Assembly (NCBI RefSeq): GCF_001194135.2
Contig: NC_068982.1
Location: 30,428,398 to 30,475,872, forward strand
Direction of reading: 5' to 3'
Length of the DNA: 47,475 nucleotides
Origin: Octopus bimaculoides
Taxonomy: Eukaryota
Numbering within the stretch: position 1 is the stretch's first letter; each line of letters starts with the position of its first letter. Shown piece by piece: positions 13,389 to 27,371 of the stretch. Made by a program: the position numbers and the translations under genes. The notes beneath the pieces are model-generated. The model was not told where the DNA came from and ran no database searches. It saw only the letters and a list, made by a program, of their open reading frames with translations.

Positions 13389-14152
13389 GATGTAACAAAG
13401 ACAGAGAGAGAGAAAGATTGTGGGGCCATTGCTGAAAAGGCCTGATAACGTAGGTCAGCTCAATCCAGGTCAACCTGGGGCTAAATATACAATAACACAA
13501 AGAATATTTAAATGAAAAAACATTAAATGTAAATGATCAAGTATAATTGAGAATCTGTTGATATGAAATTATATTATAAGCACAGCTAATTTGCTTTTGC
13601 CCAATAAATCAAAATTTTATTCTTTATAGTTAAATTTATAACTACATTGCTGAATGCAATCAAGACATGTCCTCATACAGAAACACACATGACTACCTAT
13701 TTTAACAAAGAAAAAAAAAATGGAAAGAACCAACAACAAAACCAACATAGAAATGGTAAAAAAGAAAGAACATAAAAAAACAAGTGTTGTTTTCTAAAAC
13801 AATAAAATAAACAAGAGTAAAATGAAATGTAAATCTTTTGTATGTTCTGTCCCTTCCCTCTCACACTTTTATAGTTTTCTATTTGTCTGTTTTTTTCATT
13901 TTTTTGTCTCTTCTTTTAATTATAAATTGCTTGGTATCTCTAAATAGTCAATATTAAAAGAATTTATAATATTACAGTATTGCAGTACCAGTCATAGAAT
14001 GTTTACTTAAGATTTTTTTTTTTTAACCTAATAGTTTATGGTATTTAGTTTTTATTATTCATTGTACGTCATCATTATTATCATTGTCCTTTAACGTCCG
14101 TTTTTGATGTTGGTATGGGTTGGATTTCACTTCATGGATATTTATATAAAGG

Positions 14153-14655
14153 TGCAGGTGTGGCTGTGTGGTAAGTAGCTTGCTTACCAACCACATGGTT
14201 CCGGGTTCAGTCCCACTGTGTGGCACCTTGGGCAAGTGTCTTCTACTATAGCCTCGGGCCGACCAAAGCCTTGTGAGTGGATTTGGTAGACGGAAACTGA
14301 AAGAAGCCCATCATATATATGTGTGATGGTCCCCCCAACATCGCTTGACAACCGATGCTGGTATGTTTACATCCCCGTAACTTATCGGTTCGGCAAACAG
14401 AGACCGATAGAATAAGTATTAGGCTTACAAAGAAAAAAACCATGCCACATCTGACCTTGTCCATGCTTGTGCCATGTAAAAATTACTAAGTCTACTCTGC
14501 TGGGTGGGTGGTTAGTATTAGAAATGATATCCAGCTATAAAAACCATGCCAAAACAGTCACAGAAGTTTGGTCTAGGCTCCTGCCTAACTGGCTCCTGTC
14601 AAACCATCAAACCCATGATGCCAGAATGAAAGTCAAACATTAAATGAGGATGGTG
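14153..14655 (+). mobile_element. Family A tRNA-derived SINE followed by a family C fragment
   Basis: A-box-like tggctgtgtggtaa, B-box-like gggttcagtccc and a ggcaccttgggcaagtgtc core. Family C fragment at about 14490-14655. Confidence 0.85.
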
Positions 14656-14869
14656 GATAAAACTTGTTCATGAGGTGCACAACACAAAACAGCAAGAATC
14701 TAAACCAGACATGAGCATTTTCACAAACTGCCAGAACATATTAAGGATGGACAGATACATTCTGTCATGTTCTCCAGTATGTTAAAAAGTGATTTAATAG
14801 CACTGCTAACCTGGTGGGACACAGTAATGACGTATAAAGTATTTAATATATTTTGTAGTATACTGACAA

Positions 14870-15270
14870 TTCACAAGCCCCCTAACCCCTTGGAGATCAT
14901 TGGGTGCTGCAGCCATGTAACGTAGCTAGGGTGAGAAAGACTGGTGGAGCCCATCCCTCTCCAGGCTAAACTCATTTCTACAACTGAGTGGACTGGAGCA
15001 ACAAGAAATGAAATGTCTTGCTCAAAAACACAACAAATCATCCAGTCCAGGGATAGAAACCACAATCTTACAGTTGTGAATCCAGCAACCTAAACACTAA
15101 GCGATATGCCTCCACTAGTGGTACCCATTTCTACATCTGAATGGATTGGAGCAACGTAAAGTGAAGTGTTTTACTCAGGAATACAATACATCGCCTAGTC
15201 CAGGATTTGAAACCACAATCTTATGATCATGAGTCCAACACTCTAACCACTAAGCCATGTGCCCTCATTT
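14870..15270 (-). mobile_element. Two tandem family D tRNA-derived SINE copies
   Basis: gagtggactggagcaac...aaatgtcttgctcaa...gaaaccacaatctta...ctaaccactaagcc occurs twice; reverse complement of the copy at 35148-35395. Confidence 0.75.
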
Positions 15271-16129
15271 GTAGTATAGTATAAGAGTCATTTATAAGTA
15301 ATTTATTGACGCATTATTCTTTAGTATGGTAAAAGTTAATGTATTTATTGCAATATCTACTCTACACGAGTGTAGAAATTGGTGTGTTGTTGTGAACTAA
15401 ACTTCTGAGACACACAGCTATATCTGTGCCTTAAGTAACTCCACCCCCACTCCCACACCTAATAAAAGAAAGAAAAAACATGATTTGATTAGAATGGTCA
15501 TGGCTTGAAAACTGGTGATTGCAGCTCAGTTAGATCAGGGACAACCTGGGGCTATGTAAAAACAGTATTTACTTTTGACTGTATCCTTTACAGCTATCTA
15601 TGATTTAGCAACATTAGAGATGGTTTCAGTTGTACGGATTCATTGTTAGAATTTTTATCCAAATTATTTTGTGCTATTTTATTTTATTAATTTATTGTAT
15701 TATTTTTGTTTTTATTTTCTTCCTCAACAGCAAAGAAATGAATTGTTTGCGTTGAGATAAGGAGGATATTATCATTGTTAGAAGAAAGGTGGGCTGAAAT
15801 AAGTCTTCCTTATTGTCAGATATCTGTAAGAAGGAAGGAACGAATGAATAGGGCTGAATTCTCATTTAGTTATCATCTCTACAACAACAAAAAAAAAGAA
15901 AGAAAGAAATTAAACTCCTTCAAAAAATCAGTGTATATGATAAATGTTGTAGGTGAACATGTTAGTTGTTAAAAGATAGCTGTTTGATTGATTAAATCTT
16001 TCTGCTGCCATACATTTAAATGGAACATTCCTCAATTTGGCAGAAATTACTTTATATGTTCATATGAACACACATATGCATGTGTGTGTGTGTATATATA
16101 TACACACACATATATATATGTATGTGTGT

Positions 16130-16174
<45 letters not shown>

Positions 16175-16924
16175 NNNNNNNNNNNNNNNNNNNNNNNNNN
16201 NNNNNNNNNNNNNNNNNNNNNNNNNNNNNNNNNNNNNNNNNNNNNNNNNNNNNNNNNNNNNNNNNNNNNNNNNNNNNNNNNNNNNNNNNNNNNNNNNNNN
16301 NNNNNNNNNNNNNNNNNNNNNNNNNNNNNNNNNNNNNNNNNNNNNNNNNNNNNNNNNNNNNNNNNNNNNNNNNNNNNNNNNNNNNNNNNNNNNNNNNNNN
16401 NNNNNNNNNNNNNNNNNNNNNNNNNNNNNNNNNNNNNNNNNNNNNNNNNNNNNNNNNNNNNNNNNNNNNNNNNNNNNNNNNNNNNNNNNNNNNNNNNNNN
16501 NNNNNNNNNNNNNNNNNNNNNNNNNNNNNNNNNNNNNNNNNNNNNNNNNNNNNNNNNNNNNNNNNNNNNNNNNNNNNNNNNNNNNNNNNNNNNNNNNNNN
16601 NNNNNNNNNNNNNNAGTTCCTGCTTAACACAAACATTTAGCCCCTTTTCTCTTTTTTAAACCTAACACAACTCTCAATTCTCATGCATCCTTATTTTTCC
16701 AACCATTATATACATGAATTACCATTGAACTTTAAAAGCTCAAAGACAATATAATGTATTGGTATATTTATTTTTTTATATATTATTTTTTTTTATGTAT
16801 TATTTTCTTCATTTTGTACTTCTTTGTGAAAAACATTTTCATTCTCCCTCTTCTTGAAAATTTGCTATACAATGAAAGCCGGTTAGAAATATATATATAT
16901 ATATATAGGTGTGTGTGTATACCA

Positions 16925-17330
16925 GGCTTCTTTCAGATTCCATGTACTTATGTACCAAATCCTCCTACAAGGCTTTGGTCAACCCAGGCCTATAGGAGTA
17001 GATGCTTGCCCAAGGTGTCATGCAGTGGGACTGAACCTGAAACCATGTGGCTGGGAAGCAAACCTCTTGGCTACATTTTGTGTGTGCATGTATAAGCCTA
17101 CAAACACACACACATGTATAACATGCAGATGCATAACACATATGTATTCGCTGTTTTACATTATAGGAGTGGCTGTGTGGTAAGTAGTTTGCTTATCAAC
17201 CACATGGTTTCGGGTTCAGTCCCACTGCATGGCACCTTGGGCAAGTGTCTTCTACTATTGCCTTGGGCCGACCAAAGCCTTATGAGTGGATTTGGTAGAC
17301 GGAAACTGAAAGAAGCCCATCATTGTACGT
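16925..17330. mobile_element. Head-to-head inverted pair of family A SINEs
   Basis: Minus copy at about 16925-17075 and plus copy at about 17167-17330. Confidence 0.8.
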
Positions 17331-17979
17331 ACCTGTTGTGTGCATCACACTTCAAAGAAGTGGCAAAGCAAGAGAAAGGAGGACAAAGAGGAAGTAAGAG
17401 AGAGAGAGAAAGAAAGAGACAGCGAGTGGTGTCGGTGTTCGTTTTGTGTTTTTAAATGTTTCAGAGAGGACGTAAGAAAGAAAGAGAGTGAAAGAGACAG
17501 TGAGTGGTGACGGCGTTCGTTTTGTGTTTTTAAAGAGAAGTAGACATATAGATACACATACACATTGTTAAATCAAAAGCAGGAGAGAAGAGGGACACAA
17601 AGGAAGTGAAAGAGAAAGAGAAAGTGAGAGAAACAGTAGATACATAAATCGAAAGAAAAGTTCATGCATAGATACATACACACAGCAAATATTTGATGTC
17701 TATTTCACTTATCGTTACCACACAAAGATAAATTAACTAACAAATGGCTGAATACTCCACAGACATGCATAACATTAACATAATTCTCAGGGAGATTCAG
17801 CCTCACACAGAATATGACAAGGCTGACCCCTTTGAATTACAGCTACAACTCAAGACATATATATATGAATGTGTGTGTGTGTATAGTTTAGGTTAGTTAA
17901 AACATGTTTGCAATAATAAGTGTCACAATTCTTAATAATATTTAATTAGAGAAATATGAAAGGATTTTTAAACATCAAA

Positions 17980-18345
17980 TGGCTGTGTGGTGAGGAGCTT
18001 GCTTACCATCCACATGGTTCTGGGTTCAGTCCTACTGTGTGGCACCTTGGGCAAGTATTTTCTACTATAGCTTCATATCGACCAAAGTCTTGTGAGTGGA
18101 TTTGGTAGACTGAAACTGAAAGAAGCCTATCGTATATGTGTGTGTTTGTGTTTGTCCCACCCCCTCACTGCTTGACAACCTGTGTTGGTGTGTTTCCATC
18201 CCCATAACTTAGTGGTTTGACAAAAGAGAGCAATAGAATAAGTACTAGGCTTAAAAAATAAGTTCTGGGGTTGATTCATTCAACCCTTCAATGTGGTGCT
18301 CCAGCATGGCTGCAGTCAAGTGACTGAAACAAATAAAAGAATAAG
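17980..18345 (+). mobile_element. Full-length family A SINE
   Basis: Head, core and 3' end ggtgctccagcatggc...gactgaaacaaataaaagaataa are present. Confidence 0.85.
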
Positions 18346-18742
18346 GATCTAATTGAGTAAAATAAAAGTCAATGGGGGTTTCATAGGCAGAAAATGGTTG
18401 AGAGGGGTGAAGTGATATTAAAAACAATTCTGTTTGATTTGCAAGATATTTTGGTTGCTATTTTGCTTTCTCATTGGCCTATCACTGTCAAAGGAGGATC
18501 AAAATAGCATGACTGCACCAATGTTGAAACTCAGAAAGACTTTACAATAGTGGAGCTAAGTGCTGAAAGGCAGTTTTTTTATGTTACTCTATTGACTTGA
18601 ATGCTGTTTCTTCTGCCTTGAAATCACATTTTATACCTTTGAAAACAATACCTTTCGAAAATATTCTGACCATCTTAGTTTGCTTTGATCTTCTTTGTAT
18701 TTACTTCTTGTTATTGTTTCACTTTGACTCAACCAATCACTG

Positions 18743-18810
<68 letters not shown>

Positions 18811-19426
18811 ACACAAACTTAGATGCATTTACAGTAATACCCCACTTTACAAGGACCCACTTTACAAGACACTGGGTTTACAAGTTTTATTTTTCAAGGA
18901 CAAGATCCAAATTTTGAATGAAGTTCAAAAATTTCTACTACCATAACAAATGCTTCTGCATGTTACCAAGAAATTTATATGGAGAGAAAAAAAGCTTCTA
19001 AGCAAACAACTTAAAATTTGTTTCTTAAAAAGAATCCTACTAATCCATCTACAAGTGTTTGTGAATCGGTGATTGTGTCTACAAGTGATGGTGTGTGAGT
19101 GAAAGAGATTCAGAAAATTAGTATGATATTTTTTATCATAAATCATCTAGACATTCTTTTTACTTTACGTAAAACATTCTTTACAGTCTACTGTTGTTAT
19201 TTTGCCGTTTATTTACGAGTATTATAAATTTACGTATATGAATTTGTGTTGCAAGATTCCTGATGTGATATTGTGGATGGTCATTTCTAATGGACTAAAC
19301 AGAGCAGGAGCACAAACATGGACAGAAAATGTCACTGAAGAGGTTGCAGACGTGTGACAAAAGATTTCCAGACAATGGACATGAGTTAAAATAAGAACAG
19401 TAATAAAGAAGTGAAGAACGAATATA

Positions 19427-19633
19427 CAGTAATCCCTTGCCATATCGCAGTTCACCTATCGCGGTTTATTATTTCTTTGTGGTATAGTTTTGCATTTATG
19501 ATAAAATAATCATATACAAATTATAAAAATAATTAAAAAGAATATACAGTACAATACTGTTTCTACTTTGTGGATTTTCACCTATCGTGGGGGTTTTTGA
19601 GATGTAACACTCACGATAGTTGAGGGATCACTG
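19427..19633. mobile_element. pogo/Tigger-like MITE (207 bp)
   Basis: TA-cagtaatccctt...gagggatcactg-TA: TIRs with TA TSD; second copy at 12158. Confidence 0.85.
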
Positions 19634-20954
19634 TATAGTGCATGTGTTTCTTTGGCAAAAAAATAATAATAATAAATAGCCATCCCAAAATACAACAATA
19701 TTATAAATTTTCATAGGTAAAATATTTTTCTGAGAATAAATTACGATTTATAACATTGCTACTATGGGAAATTATTGCTCTGCTCTACGAATTTTCGCTT
19801 TACAAGCAGTCACTAAGAACAAATTAACTCGTATATCTAAATATATTGATCTATGTATGAATGGCTTTATGGTTGAGCAGTTGACTCTACAGAGATCATG
19901 AAGTGAGAACACAAATGTGACCAACCATGTAAAAGAATTGAGTGCCAAAAAAAAAAATAATAAATAAATACACAAGCCACACACAGATATTATACATACA
20001 TATACTCACTTGTTTATACATACATATACTCACATTATCATATACACTGATGTGTTTGCAATTCTAAAACTCACCAGATTATATTTCAGCTTGAATGGTT
20101 GATTGGTCCATTGCTAGTAGCTGGGAACTTTGTTGACCATTTCCAGCTTGTTGTACTCACTCACCCTCTTATATATGTATAATAAGTAATAACTATTCTC
20201 AGCTTATATTGCATTCCATTAAACTGCAAATCTTATAAAAAAAAAAATCAAGCCTGCAACCTTTCACCTCAGTTTGTTTTTTGTTTTTTTTGGGTTTTTT
20301 AAGGCAAATTTTGCTTGCTACTTCAGTCTTTCTGCTGAATTGCCAAATATAAAAATAATAATGTAGGTTGCAATCTAGGACAACCAGTTCTGAGTGTGCA
20401 CTGATATATATTCATGTGTCTGTTGTTGCTTAAAAAAAACTCTTTGACTATATTCTAATGAACATGTCTAAACATATTGATGTCGATTGTTAAGTGTGTT
20501 AATGAATTTTTAAAATACTGTTTCGTTGTCGTTTTTCTTCCTTCTCCTCTCACCCCCCCCCTCTCTCTCTCTCTCATACAATGTTTTGCAAAGTGAAGAT
20601 CTGTCTCCACAGTCTTTTAGTCACATTAATAATGTTCCTTCTACTTGTACTGAAATTCATCGATATCATAATCCTTCTGTTTTCTGTTGGATTATTGATG
20701 TGAGTAATATTGTCATAGATACATATATGCATACTCACATACACACACAAACTCGTGTGTGTGTGTGTGTGGGTATGTATGCATGTGCGTATGTATATGT
20801 GCATATTTGTGCACATGTATGCATATATGTATACATGTGTATGTATGTGTGTGTACATGTGTATGTATACGTATATGTTTCTATGCATGTGTACGCATGC
20901 ATATTTATATATATATATTTGTGTATATATGTGTTTGTATGCATATGTACACAT

Positions 20955-20992
<38 letters not shown>

Positions 20993-21061
20993 ATACAAAC
21001 ACACACACTCTTGTTCAACTCATGCCATCATGGAAAACAGATGTTAGATGTAGACGATGAT

Positions 21062-21130
21062 AGTGTGTGTATCTATCGATCTATCTATCCATCCATCTAT
21101 CGATCTATCCATCCATCCATCCATCCATCC

Positions 21131-21186
<56 letters not shown>

Positions 21187-21205
21187 CTCTCTCTATATAT
21201 ATATA
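21062..21205. repeat. Compound (TCTA)n/(TCCA)n/(TA)n microsatellite
   Basis: Read directly from the sequence; adjoins a long TG/TA/CA low-complexity tract at about 20720-21010. Confidence 0.95.
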
Positions 21206-22289
21206 TAATTGAAGTATAAGGAAAGGCAAAATTTTAGGTGTAGACAATCTTTAATTCATAATCCAGGTTGCTACAGAACCAATATACATTCTACAAATTG
21301 TTTTGGAGTCTAATTAATTCCAAAGGCAAAAATGAAAACCTTCTTGAAATAAATAAATAAATAAATAAATGGATGTATGGATCGATCGATTGATATATAT
21401 CTTCTTACATCAGCTTTCCATGCTAGCATGGGTTGAATCAGTCATCATACTGCAAGTTAGTTATTTATAATTACTACCCTTTCAGCAAATCAAAATACTG
21501 TCTTACATTTCATTTCTGCTGTCATTTATATTGCAATATACCCACTTCCTTCTTTCATTGACTACTTTATAGAATGTATATTCTTGGAAGGAGTAAAGTG
21601 TTCCCTTGGCCATAAGCAGTCTTCATTTATTTGCCAGCCACTTTACATAGTATACTGGGTGCATTTTATCGTAGAACCAGCATAAGTGACGTTACCTTTT
21701 ACCCTACAAGACTAAAGTGTGCTTACTACTACACGTTGTTTCTGTACAAGGTAGCATGGTCAAAATGATGCACAGAAGAGAAGGCAATGACAGAAAAGAA
21801 ACTCGAGTGGGAGAAGAAAAAACAAGCATATGGTGAAAGAAAGTGCTGGAAGTAAGAAGCTAGTAAATGAGACAGTATTGGAAAGAGAAGGAAGTGACAT
21901 GCTATATTTGCCAGTGTATAAGATGCAGTATCTTTATCTTGAAGAACATCAAAAAGTTTCCCTGCATTGATGCAACTGTTTTGCAAATGGAAAATTATCA
22001 TAGATTAGAAAACTGGGTGAGCATAAGTTCACTAGGCACAATAAATGTTATTGATAAAAACTATTGGAAACAAGCCAAAAGATTAGTCTGTTTGCACAAA
22101 CTTACAAAGAATTGCTTACTTTATGTTGACAGTTATTTGGATCAGTCCCATCATCTCATTATACCTTCTTCCTCAACAGACACAGTCCACTCCTGATGTG
22201 TCTTACATTGTTTAATGAATGTGTTACCTTTAAGAAACATTTTTTTTTTTTATATTTAATTATCTAAATGAAAAATTCCAGTTTAACTA

Positions 22290-22508
22290 TTTTGCATTTA
22301 AACAGGTATATCCAGCCCAAATACTCTATCTTTTTATATTCATACTAGCCAGATCTGGTCTCTCTCACCTACCCTACAATGTCATCCTGAAGCTATACAA
22401 TCACATCATTGAAATCTTCAGGCGCCAAGATAAAGTATGATTAATTCAAAACAATGTGAATAAATAATTATTACATTTGACAGAGTAATCTGAATGCTAA
22501 AGGGTTAA
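22290..22508. mobile_element. piggyBac-like MITE copy
   Basis: Ends cagagtaatctgaatgctaaagggttaa; homologous to 24853-25073. Confidence 0.65.
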
Positions 22509-22559
22509 AAATGAAAGGAATGTTAACAACTTTCATTACAGCAAAAGTGTAAAGACCAA

Positions 22560-22865
22560 TCCTGCTGGTGGTGTAAAGCACTTGTGGCAGTGCCATGGCA
22601 AAACACTCATGTGGTGCCACTTAAAAGTGCCAGTGCAGTGCCACATAAAAGCACCTGTGCAATGCAACATAAAAATTGCCTTTGCAGTACCGTGTAAAAG
22701 CACCCAGCACACTCTGTACAGTGGGTGATGTTCGGAAGGGCATCCAGCTGTCGAAACCATGCCAAATCAGACTGGTGTCTGGTGCAGCTCCCTTGCTTGC
22801 CAGCTCTGGTCAAACCTTCCATTCCATGCTAGCATGGACAGCAGACATTAAATGATGATGATGAT
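22560..22865 (+). mobile_element. Family C repeat with upstream ~23-bp minisatellite
   Basis: About six units like gtgcagtgccacataaaagcacc, then ggaagggcatccagctg...catgctagcatggacagcagacattaaatgatgatg. Confidence 0.8.
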
Positions 22866-23167
22866 AAGCAGATGACAACTAAGCCGTTGCAGTGGCTGAC
22901 AGCTATTACTTAAAGCATCATGGTCAGAAATACAAGTCTTTACATCCTATATGGCAATTCCCTTGAGCAAAATATAAACAACTGTACAATTGAACTGAAA
23001 GAAGATAAAACTGAAATATGCTACTCCTCTTGTGTATATTTTCTTTATGATAAATTAATGACTTCATACTTTATTCCATTATACTTTCACATAATATTGT
23101 GACAGCGTGCACAATATTTACTTACACACAATCATGCGTTTCCTCCTACAAAACCACTTTAAAATAT

Positions 23168-23662
23168 ATTAGCGTTCAGGTTACGGTGTTAAATGAAATG
23201 CTTTGTTAGTCAAATTGCTTTGTATTAATCATGCATTATCTTATAGCTTTGAGGTTTCAATGATGTAATTGTCTGTTTTTAAAGTAGGTTACGTGTTAGA
23301 GGTTAGATGTGGCCAGTTTGAAAGTGAAGCCAGTAGAATATTTGGGCTAAGTATGACCAGTTGAAATGCCAAAGGGTTAGAATATATTTCAATAAGTGTA
23401 AGATGAAACATGCTAAATCTATTTCTTCAACAAAATATCCTTGTAAAATAGGGGTGCATCTTATAACGCCTGCAAATATAGTAATCTAACCCTTTAGTAT
23501 TCTGATTCATCTGTTTTGAATTAATCTTGCATTTTCTCATAGAGATCTCATTGAGATTTCAATGATGTGATTGTTTATTTTTAGAATGACATTGCTGGGT
23601 ACATGTGAGAGGCCAGATATGGCCAGTTTGAAAATAAAACAAGTAGAATATTAAAGGATTAA
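23168..23662. mobile_element. Two piggyBac-like MITE copies
   Basis: Copies at about 23168-23390 (ends aaagggtta) and about 23486-23662 (starts taaccctttag), in reverse orientation to 24853-25073. Confidence 0.6.
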
Positions 23663-24319
23663 ATTAACTATACTTTACTACTTGTATTCAGTACTCTTCA
23701 TACATTCATTACCACTATCACATATGTGTGTATTTACGTGTGTGTATATATAGATCATTATAGTGAGTTGAACATGCTCTTTTCTTTTCCTTGTACACTT
23801 CCATGTCTGTCTGTCTGTCTTGCAATTTATGACATTCAATTTTAGGGTTCATATCTTGATGATATTTTCATGTTCTGTATAAATCATTATGTAAAAAACA
23901 TCGTCCTGCTGACATTCTGTGAAAATTCACTCAATTTTTTTTGTTACTATTTCTATTAAGATATATAGAACCATTTCTTTCTCTATTTTTTTTTTTAATT
24001 AAAAACAGCTATTTTCTTCATCAAACATATCAATTCCTTCTCATTAGAGTTCTTTATGACTTTTAATTCAGGTACTTCCACTTATCAATGAATAGAAATG
24101 CACTTGGCAGTGCATGCTACAGTTTGACCTCATCCAATTGTCTGAAAGCAGTAAAAAAGTAAAAGCAACACAGCTAGTCACATTCCTTCTATGGCAGTCA
24201 TAGCTTTCGCAGTCTGACTGTAAAGCCGAAACTGCAGAAGTTGTTGTTATTTTACATTTAGTTTTCCCTTCTTTCATTTAAGGGAGGAGGTTATATGAGT
24301 GAACCAGTTAAGGATCCTC

Positions 24320-24725
24320 AAAGGCATGGTTATGCTGTTAAGGAGCTTACTTTGCAACCATGTAGGCTTGGGTTCAGTCCCACTGCACAGCACCTTCAGC
24401 ATGAGTCTTTTACTATAGTTCCAGGTTGAGCTATGTCTTGTGAGTGAATTTGGTAGATGGAAAGCATGTGGAAGCCCATCTTACGTGTATGTCTGTGTGT
24501 GTAATACATGTCTTAGTGTTTGTCCTCCACCACCACCACCACTCAATGACTAATGTTAGTTTGTTTACATGCCCATAACTTAGCAATTTGGCTACAGAGA
24601 CTGACAGAATAAGTGCCTAACTTTAAAAGAAAATAAATATAAATACTGGGCTCGATTTGTTTGACTAAACTCTTCAAGGTGGTGCACCAGCATGGCCACA
24701 CTTCAATGATTAAAAATTGTAAAAG
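24320..24725 (+). mobile_element. Family A SINE, diverged
   Basis: gggttcagtcccactgcacagcacc...ggtggtgcaccagcatggccac. Confidence 0.75.
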
Positions 24726-24852
24726 AAGATGCAAAAAACATGGTTTGCATGACCAGCAAACAAATCTCCTTTAAACTGCATCTCCCATCCTTACAAAAGG
24801 GGAAAAAATAAACCATTGTCAAATGTACTTCTCGATTTATTATGTATGTCAA

Positions 24853-25073
24853 CCCTTTAGCATTTAATCTGGCCATGCCTGGTCCAAAAGTTCTACTTGT
24901 TTTACACTGAAACTGGCCAGATCTGGCTTCTCATACTTACCCTACACTGTTATTCAAAAACTAAACAATCATACCATCAAAAAGTCAATGCTGTAAAATA
25001 ATGTATGATTAATTCAAAACAAGGTAAATAAATAGACATTAAATTTTTACAGAGTAATCTAAATGCTTAAGGG
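24853..25073. mobile_element. piggyBac-like MITE (221 bp)
   Basis: tcaa-ccctttagcattt...aaatgcttaaggg-ttaa: CCC/GGG termini with a TTAA-type target. Confidence 0.75.
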
Positions 25074-27371
25074 TTAAGAAGAGAAAGATGTGCTGATTCA
25101 AACCAGAATGCATTTTTACTATAGGGTTGATGGATCAGGACAGACCAGGGGCTAAATAATACCATCTTATTTTAAACTGAAAATGGAGTTGCATTCAATA
25201 TAATATCTGTTTCCTGTTATCGATCTCTTACCATTCTTAATAATTAATATTTTATTTCCAAACAACTGAATATCATTATTTTCTACACCAGTTCTTTGTA
25301 CATGAATACTTATTCAACATTGTTGCAACAGTATTTTTAATGAATACGCTGTCTGTTATGTTTCATTGGTTTTACTGTATAACCAAGACTTTGATGGAGT
25401 TTAATAAAATACTTTTAACTTTATATTAAATGACAGCTGGGATTCTTTCTTTTACAAATGTTGTGTTGGTTTGTTCATCTGCTTTACTTCAGTGACTAGA
25501 ATGATATCTATTCCATATTCATCACTTTCTGGCAATAATAATTAGGATTTGACTTCACAATCATATTTAATCTGTTTTGTATTCATTTCATAGTGATTAA
25601 AACATAGAGATTAAAACATTCCTATCATAGACAAAGGTGTGGTTATATGGTAAGAAGCTTGCTTTCCAACTGTATGGTTCCTGTTTCAGTCCCATTGCAT
25701 GTCACCTTCGGCAAGTACCTCTGTGTAGCCTCAGACTGGCCAAAGCCTCGTAAGTGGATTTTTTCTGTTTGATGTCAAATTTAAAGCTAGATTTATTTAT
25801 AATCATCATCTTCATTACCTAACGTCTGCTTTTCTATGCTTGCATGGGTTAGACAGAATTTGTTGTGGCTGATTTTTTTTGTGCCCAAACATATTTGTCA
25901 TGGAAGACTGGAAATGTACAAATTACTTGTATGTCAGTGATGCTTACTTAGTCATCACATGTCACGACAACGGTATACACAAACACTCGCACACATACAT
26001 GCATATATATGTATGTATGTATGTATGTATCTGGTACTTTTATCACTGTACTGTGTATTTGTTTCTTTTTGTATCTGATATTTGTTATGGATCTTCTGTA
26101 AATATGAAACTGTATCCCTTAATTTGCCATTTATATATACAAAGGCCAAGAAGAAATCTTGTGAAACAGAATTTATTTTAACAAGATACCTCTTGAAATC
26201 ACCTGAGGAGACACATCTACACATAAACCAGATGTTTAGTACCCAACCTGCAGGGGATCAATGCTAGATGGGTCAAAGTGATTGTAGTAATCAATAAATA
26301 TTCTCGTATCTTCCATCTTCTGTCTCTCCCATTAATCAAATATATATATATATATATATATACATACACACGCACACACATATACACACACATATACTTA
26401 CATATGAGACTTTGGTCAGCCCAGGACCATAGTAGCCGACTTTTGCTGAAGGTACTGTGCAGTGGGACTGAACCCAAGACCACATGGTTAGAAAGTATGC
26501 TTCTTAATCACACTATCATGCCTGCACCTCAGCTTGTTGTATTTGCTAATTAGTCTCAGATCAACCTTTATCAAAAAGATATAAGATGAAAAGCATTTCA
26601 GTCATGATCATCTTGTGATTTGCAGATTTAGTTGTTTTTTTTCTAGCAAGTTGAACAACCACATAGAAGCTTCCTTATTAGCTCACTACATAATCTGATG
26701 TATATCATGTTAGTGTTGACCAGCTGAATGCAATCTTATGTTATCCTCTTTCATGTTCTAATGAGATTTTGATCATGATTTTAATTGGAATATGAACTCT
26801 TTACTATAGACACTTCTTAGCAAGTATTGAAAGGGTTAAATTGTTTGCTATCCTGCTTGTCAATCTTTGTCTTTCTCTCTCCATCACACTCCTAGAACCA
26901 GTCTTATTTGCTATTGATTACATCATCAGCATGCAGAGCTAATATTTGAAATATATTCTCCTTTCTCATTACTGTTGTGAGCCTTAAATCTTGACTGAGC
27001 TTTCTCTGAGAACATAGCTTATTTGTTGCATCTACTTTAAGCTTGTAGTATTGCTCAGTCATGGCTTAAAATCAGGTGCTAACAAGCAATTACAAGGTGC
27101 ATTCCAGAAGTTTTGAGACTACTCAAGTAAAGACTTTTATTAATTTTAAAGAAGTACAAAACTCTAATCAACTTCAGAGTAGGATCCTCTAACTTCAATT
27201 TACTTGAAGTAGTTGTGTGCTGTCAGCTTGATGTGACAGTCCCCTGAAGGGAATAATACTACTGTTGGTTAGATCTAGGAAGCTGCACCGCTTCCTGTCG
27301 GCCTTGACACATTTCCTGTGTCCTTATGTTTACAAGGGGGAGACAAGCATCTCCACCCAGCTAAGCCTGCA

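Noticed and set aside
15731-15788. Exon-like segment with a strong acceptor and GT donor, considered as another DDX49 exon
   Set aside because: All three frames contain stops and there is no helicase similarity.
12321-16659. Long ORFs of 160-220 aa in the track (similar ones at 43053-44168)
   Set aside because: They are translations of N gaps plus (TA)n/(CA)n microsatellites (YIYI, HTHT, X runs).
18832-19230. Tigger-like terminal sequence cagtaataccccactttac
   Set aside because: No matching second TIR or transposase motif could be identified, so boundaries are unsupported.
24214-24232. ctgactgtaaagccgaaac, and isolated ctgatga near 9550 and 39304, as further hammerheads
   Set aside because: They lack either the CUGANGA core or a GAAA with pairable stems I-III.
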